Shown here piece after piece: positions 37,483 to 40,018 of a stretch of DNA of 40,018 bases. The position numbers and the translations under genes were made by a program. The DNA lies in NCBI GenBank assembly GCA_964510165.1, contig CAZEBC010000010.1, positions 1 to 40,018 on the forward strand, in the 5' to 3' direction. Numbering within the stretch: position 1 is the stretch's first letter; every line of letters begins with the position of its first letter. Source of the DNA: an uncultured bacterium. Lineage in GTDB: Bacteria; Abyssobacteria; SURF-5. The notes below the pieces were generated by a model. The model searched no databases, was not told where the DNA came from, and worked only from the letters and a program-made list of their open reading frames with translations.

Positions 37483-37568
37483 ACCGTTTCACCTCTTCGG
37501 GATAGGAATGCAGAATCTTCATCATTAATATAACATAATCGCACAGTCGCTGTCGAACCATCCGCAAG

Positions 37569-37629
37569 AAATCGGGGACATCTTGATGCTAAATTGGGGA
37601 CACAATGCGGCATGGTGTCCGCAATTCAG
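37569..37629. repeat. Palindromic repeat family B, copy 5 (half copy plus full copy)
   Basis: AAATCGGGGACATC (half copy) followed by CTAAATTGGGGACACAATG cgg CATGGTGTCCGCAATTCAG. Confidence 0.8.
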
Positions 37630-37633
37630 CTAT

Positions 37634-37837
37634 TTAACCGGGATAGGCTTTGAAGAACCGGTTGTCGACGCCGGATGGATGAATCGGTATCTCGACCTTT
37701 CTGGCACAACGCGGGCACCAGCCCACGTAGGCCGATCCTTCCTTGTTCTTGTAAATGCGGCTGTAGATGTGGCAGCATTCAAACATGACGCCCAAATACT
37801 TGCGTCTCTCGTGCGTAGGGTCGGACTGGTTCTTCAT
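37634..37837 (-). CDS. Small putative zinc-binding protein (CC...CPxC)
   Basis: YLGVMFECCHIYSRIY..AYVGWCPRCA..RFF. ATGA overlap with the upstream gene. Confidence 0.78.
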   Translation of the reverse strand: MKNQSDPTHERRKYLGVMFECCHIYSRIYKNKEGSAYVGWCPRCARKVEIPIHPSGVDNRFFKAYPG

Positions 37838-38454
37838 CGTTGCCCATCCAGCTTAATGCGCGTGCTGATGAACACATGGTCTTCTTCAACCGAGTATGCG
37901 AGACCGGTCTGCTGACACATTTGCGAAATGACAGTCCTGAGCGGGATCGGGTTGTCGGACCTGACGGTTATCTTTCGTTTCAGCACGCCGTTCGACTTGT
38001 CGAAAACGGTTTCGTCCACGATGACGTTCACGTCGGTGAGGAACGTGAGCGACTTGGCGACCGCGCAAATGTCCTCTCCCTCAAAATCAACCCGTATCGG
38101 CTGGTTCAATTGCCGGTAGAACGAGTCCTCCGCCTCGCCTTTGTCCTTGATGTCCTCTATCGCCTTCCTGCACGTCTTGATGGAATCGTCAACGAGGCGG
38201 TCTATCCCATAAGGCCGATCGTTTGAGAGGTCGGGGTATTCCTTCCAGATTCTCTCGTATCCGCGGAGCGCCTCGCGGTATTTCCGAAGCGCGGTGGCGT
38301 AATCCTTCTCTTTCAGCGCCCTGGCGGCGTCTTCCTCGATCGGCTTCACCTCATGAAGATACACAAAGAGGGCTGTTTTACGGACCTCGAATGCGTCCGC
38401 TTCAATCGTCAGCAACAGAGCAAACGCGATACACGATATGCCCGCTATTCTCAT
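37834..38454 (-). CDS. Exported hypothetical protein: helical TPR-like N-terminus plus STN/secretin-N0-like C-terminal domain
   Basis: Signal peptide MRIAGISCIAFALLLTIEADA, then IRVDFEGEDI..VNVIVD..KITV..PLRTVISQMC..GLAYSVEEDHVFIST. ATGA overlaps on both sides. Confidence 0.7.
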   Translation of the reverse strand: MRIAGISCIAFALLLTIEADAFEVRKTALFVYLHEVKPIEEDAARALKEKDYATALRKYREALRGYERIWKEYPDLSNDRPYGIDRLVDDSIKTCRKAIEDIKDKGEAEDSFYRQLNQPIRVDFEGEDICAVAKSLTFLTDVNVIVDETVFDKSNGVLKRKITVRSDNPIPLRTVISQMCQQTGLAYSVEEDHVFISTRIKLDGQR

Positions 38455-39146
38455 CGTGCCCCGCCAAGCAACACCTTTCGAAGCATGCAAAAAGTGCCCC
38501 CGACCACATGCTCCAGCCCATGCATCCCGAATTCCATCAGCTTCAACGGATTGGCGGCTATCTCCACGCGGCCCGCCTTCACCGCTTCAACGATCGCATC
38601 GGCCTCCCTCTCGGCGTCCACAAGCGAGTACGCCGAGCCGAACTTCTCAATGTGATGACAGTCCGACGTCCCCAGCAGCGGCAATCCGTATTCCGCAGCC
38701 GTCTGTATCGCAAAGAAGTTGAAGTTGATGCGGCTGTGGTAGAACCATGAGAACTCGATCGCGTCGAAGACGTCTATGTTTTTTCGCACCTTCCCCATAA
38801 GGGAGGCCCAGCCCGGGAAATAGGGGTGAGGCGCCACGATCAGGCTGTCGGGCGCTCGCAGCCTGCGAAGGTCCTCGAAGGTGCGCGCATCAAGCATTCG
38901 CTCGTCCGCGTTCACGACCACCACGTGTTTTCTCTCTATGTCGAGTTCGACGCCGGGAATCAGCAGGATCCCTCGTTCGCGCGAGTAATCCCGAAGATAC
39001 TCGGTGTAGGTGAGTCCGTTGTGGCTCGTTATGCTTATCGCGTCGTAGCCGAGCGAGCACGCCTTGTCTATCAACTGACAGCTCGTGTGCCGTATCGATT
39101 CCTCGGGATCGTCCGCCGAATGTGTATGAAGATCGACTTTTAACAT
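38451..39146 (-). CDS. PHP domain phosphoesterase-like protein
   Basis: VDLHTHS, ITSHN, IPGVE, H, APHPY, DAIE, GTSDCH. Confidence 0.9.
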   Translation of the reverse strand: MLKVDLHTHSADDPEESIRHTSCQLIDKACSLGYDAISITSHNGLTYTEYLRDYSRERGILLIPGVELDIERKHVVVVNADERMLDARTFEDLRRLRAPDSLIVAPHPYFPGWASLMGKVRKNIDVFDAIEFSWFYHSRINFNFFAIQTAAEYGLPLLGTSDCHHIEKFGSAYSLVDAEREADAIVEAVKAGRVEIAANPLKLMEFGMHGLEHVVGGTFCMLRKVLLGGAR

Positions 39147-39171
39147 CCGCCCTCACGGTGTCGCGCAGCCC

Positions 39172-39384
39172 TCATTGCTCCTTCAAACGAATCAGTTCTC
39201 CCCTCTTTGTCTTCTCGCTGACAAGCTTGCCCTCTCTCGCCAGCCAGCCGATCCCCTGCTCCACAAGGCTTGACGAGAGCTTGGTTTTTTTCGAGATGGC
39301 CGACTTCGAGAGCGGACCGTTGGCGTTCAGTGCATTCCAGATTTTTCCCGCGGCCTCCCCGATTTGATGTTCAAGCGTTTCCAT
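39172..39384 (-). CDS. Small winged-helix protein (DUF2582-like)
   Basis: IGEAAGKIWNAL..GIGWLAREGKL. ATG 39384 after SD AGGAGG. The longer ORF start runs into a family A repeat. Confidence 0.85.
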   Translation of the reverse strand: METLEHQIGEAAGKIWNALNANGPLSKSAISKKTKLSSSLVEQGIGWLAREGKLVSEKTKRGELIRLKEQ

Positions 39385-39415
39385 TGGAACGTGCCCTCCT
39401 ATCCTTAAATCGTCC

Positions 39416-39460
39416 CCCTCACCCCAACCCTCTCCCACTGGGAGAGGGCCAGGGTGAGAG
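39416..39460. repeat. Palindromic repeat family A, copy 3
   Basis: CCCTCACCCCAACCCTCTCCC act GGGAGAGGGCCAGGGTGAGAG. Confidence 0.85.
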
Positions 39461-39507
39461 ACTGTGGTTGCGGCTCAGTCGCGCTGAGCGCCCAACGACA
39501 CACTGCG

Positions 39508-39933
39508 CTACGACGACTCTCTGCCCCTGCCCGTTAACTGCTGCAGCAAGCCGGAGAGGAAGCTCTCCTCATGCCCGGCAAGCGTCTCCAGCTCGCCGCT
39601 GTCCAGCCATACGCCGCCGCACTCGGTGCATCTGTCTATCTTCACTTTCTTCTTGAAGACCTTCTCGTCGAGTTCGCCGTAGCACTTCGGACACTTCATA
39701 TGGTGGAGTTTCTTCGCCTGCTCCTTCGCCTCTTGCTCCTCTCGAACTTTCTGTTCCTCCCTGTATTTCCTGAGTTGTTCCTCTTCTTTTCGCCGGAAGT
39801 ACTCTTCCTCGGTCTCGCTGGGTTTCTGTGTCTTGTCATCGAGGAGGCTCTTCTTTCCCGCGTAACCCTTCGGCGGCTTGAGGGGAGGCACCTTGTCCTT
39901 CTTGTCACCCGATCTTGCGTTCCTGTTGCTCAT
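39508..39933 (-). CDS. zf-TFIIB-type zinc-ribbon protein with charged N-terminal helix
   Basis: EEEYFRRKE..MKCPKC..IDRCTECGGVWLDSGELE. SD AAAGGAGG. Confidence 0.88.
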   Translation of the reverse strand: MSNRNARSGDKKDKVPPLKPPKGYAGKKSLLDDKTQKPSETEEEYFRRKEEEQLRKYREEQKVREEQEAKEQAKKLHHMKCPKCYGELDEKVFKKKVKIDRCTECGGVWLDSGELETLAGHEESFLSGLLQQLTGRGRESS

Positions 39934-39996
39934 GCACGCCTCCTTTCTTCTCTTACAAAGTCCTCAATATCCGGTAACTCATGACATCCGCAGTCC

Positions 39997-40018
39997 ATAG
40001 GGGCGCACGGCGCGCGCC
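39997..40018 (+). repeat. Family C REP-like copy, truncated by the window end
   Basis: ATAGGGGCGCAC GGC GCGCGCC... Confidence 0.6.

Noticed and set aside
37483..37633. CIRCE/HrcA operator upstream of dnaJ
   Set aside because: No TTAGCACTC-N9-GAGTGCTAA. The inverted repeat there is family B.
1..40018. CRISPR array or cas genes suggested by the palindromic repeats
   Set aside because: The repeats are dispersed singly rather than regularly spaced with unique spacers, and there are no cas-like ORFs.

Overview
GC-rich bacterial chromosomal segment, mostly housekeeping and accessory genes. I found no prophage, integrase, transposase, CRISPR array, rRNA or tRNA. Left to right: a MacA/LolD/2xMacB-type ABC export operon; a GT-C-like membrane protein; a class V aminotransferase; mnmA; bactofilin; an M23 peptidase; the RNase P RNA gene (rnpB); an HDOD protein paired with a sigma-54 activator that has a degenerate receiver domain; an FGGY pentulose kinase; a lipoprotein esterase with a cNMP-binding protein; TetR and a C45 peptidase; the rpmH-rnpA-yidD-yidC-jag-mnmE-mnmG block (no dnaA, rsmG or parAB beside it); a TPR / cNMP / HEAT / cNMP cluster; an M6 protease; and a minus-strand run of Rrf2, site-2 protease, dnaJ, small Zn-finger, STN-like protein, PHP, winged-helix and zf-TFIIB genes. 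The clearest unexplained structure is non-coding: three distinct families of dispersed REP/MITE-like palindromes (about 14 copies) fill intergenic gaps, some overlapping start or stop codons. Other leads: a candidate three-way-junction RNA leader before bactofilin, a kinase-less HDOD plus pseudo-receiver sigma-54 module, a cluster of effector-less cNMP receptors, a ~75 aa insertion in YidC, and two unannotated small ORFs. All protein family calls come from motif recognition by eye, not database searches.
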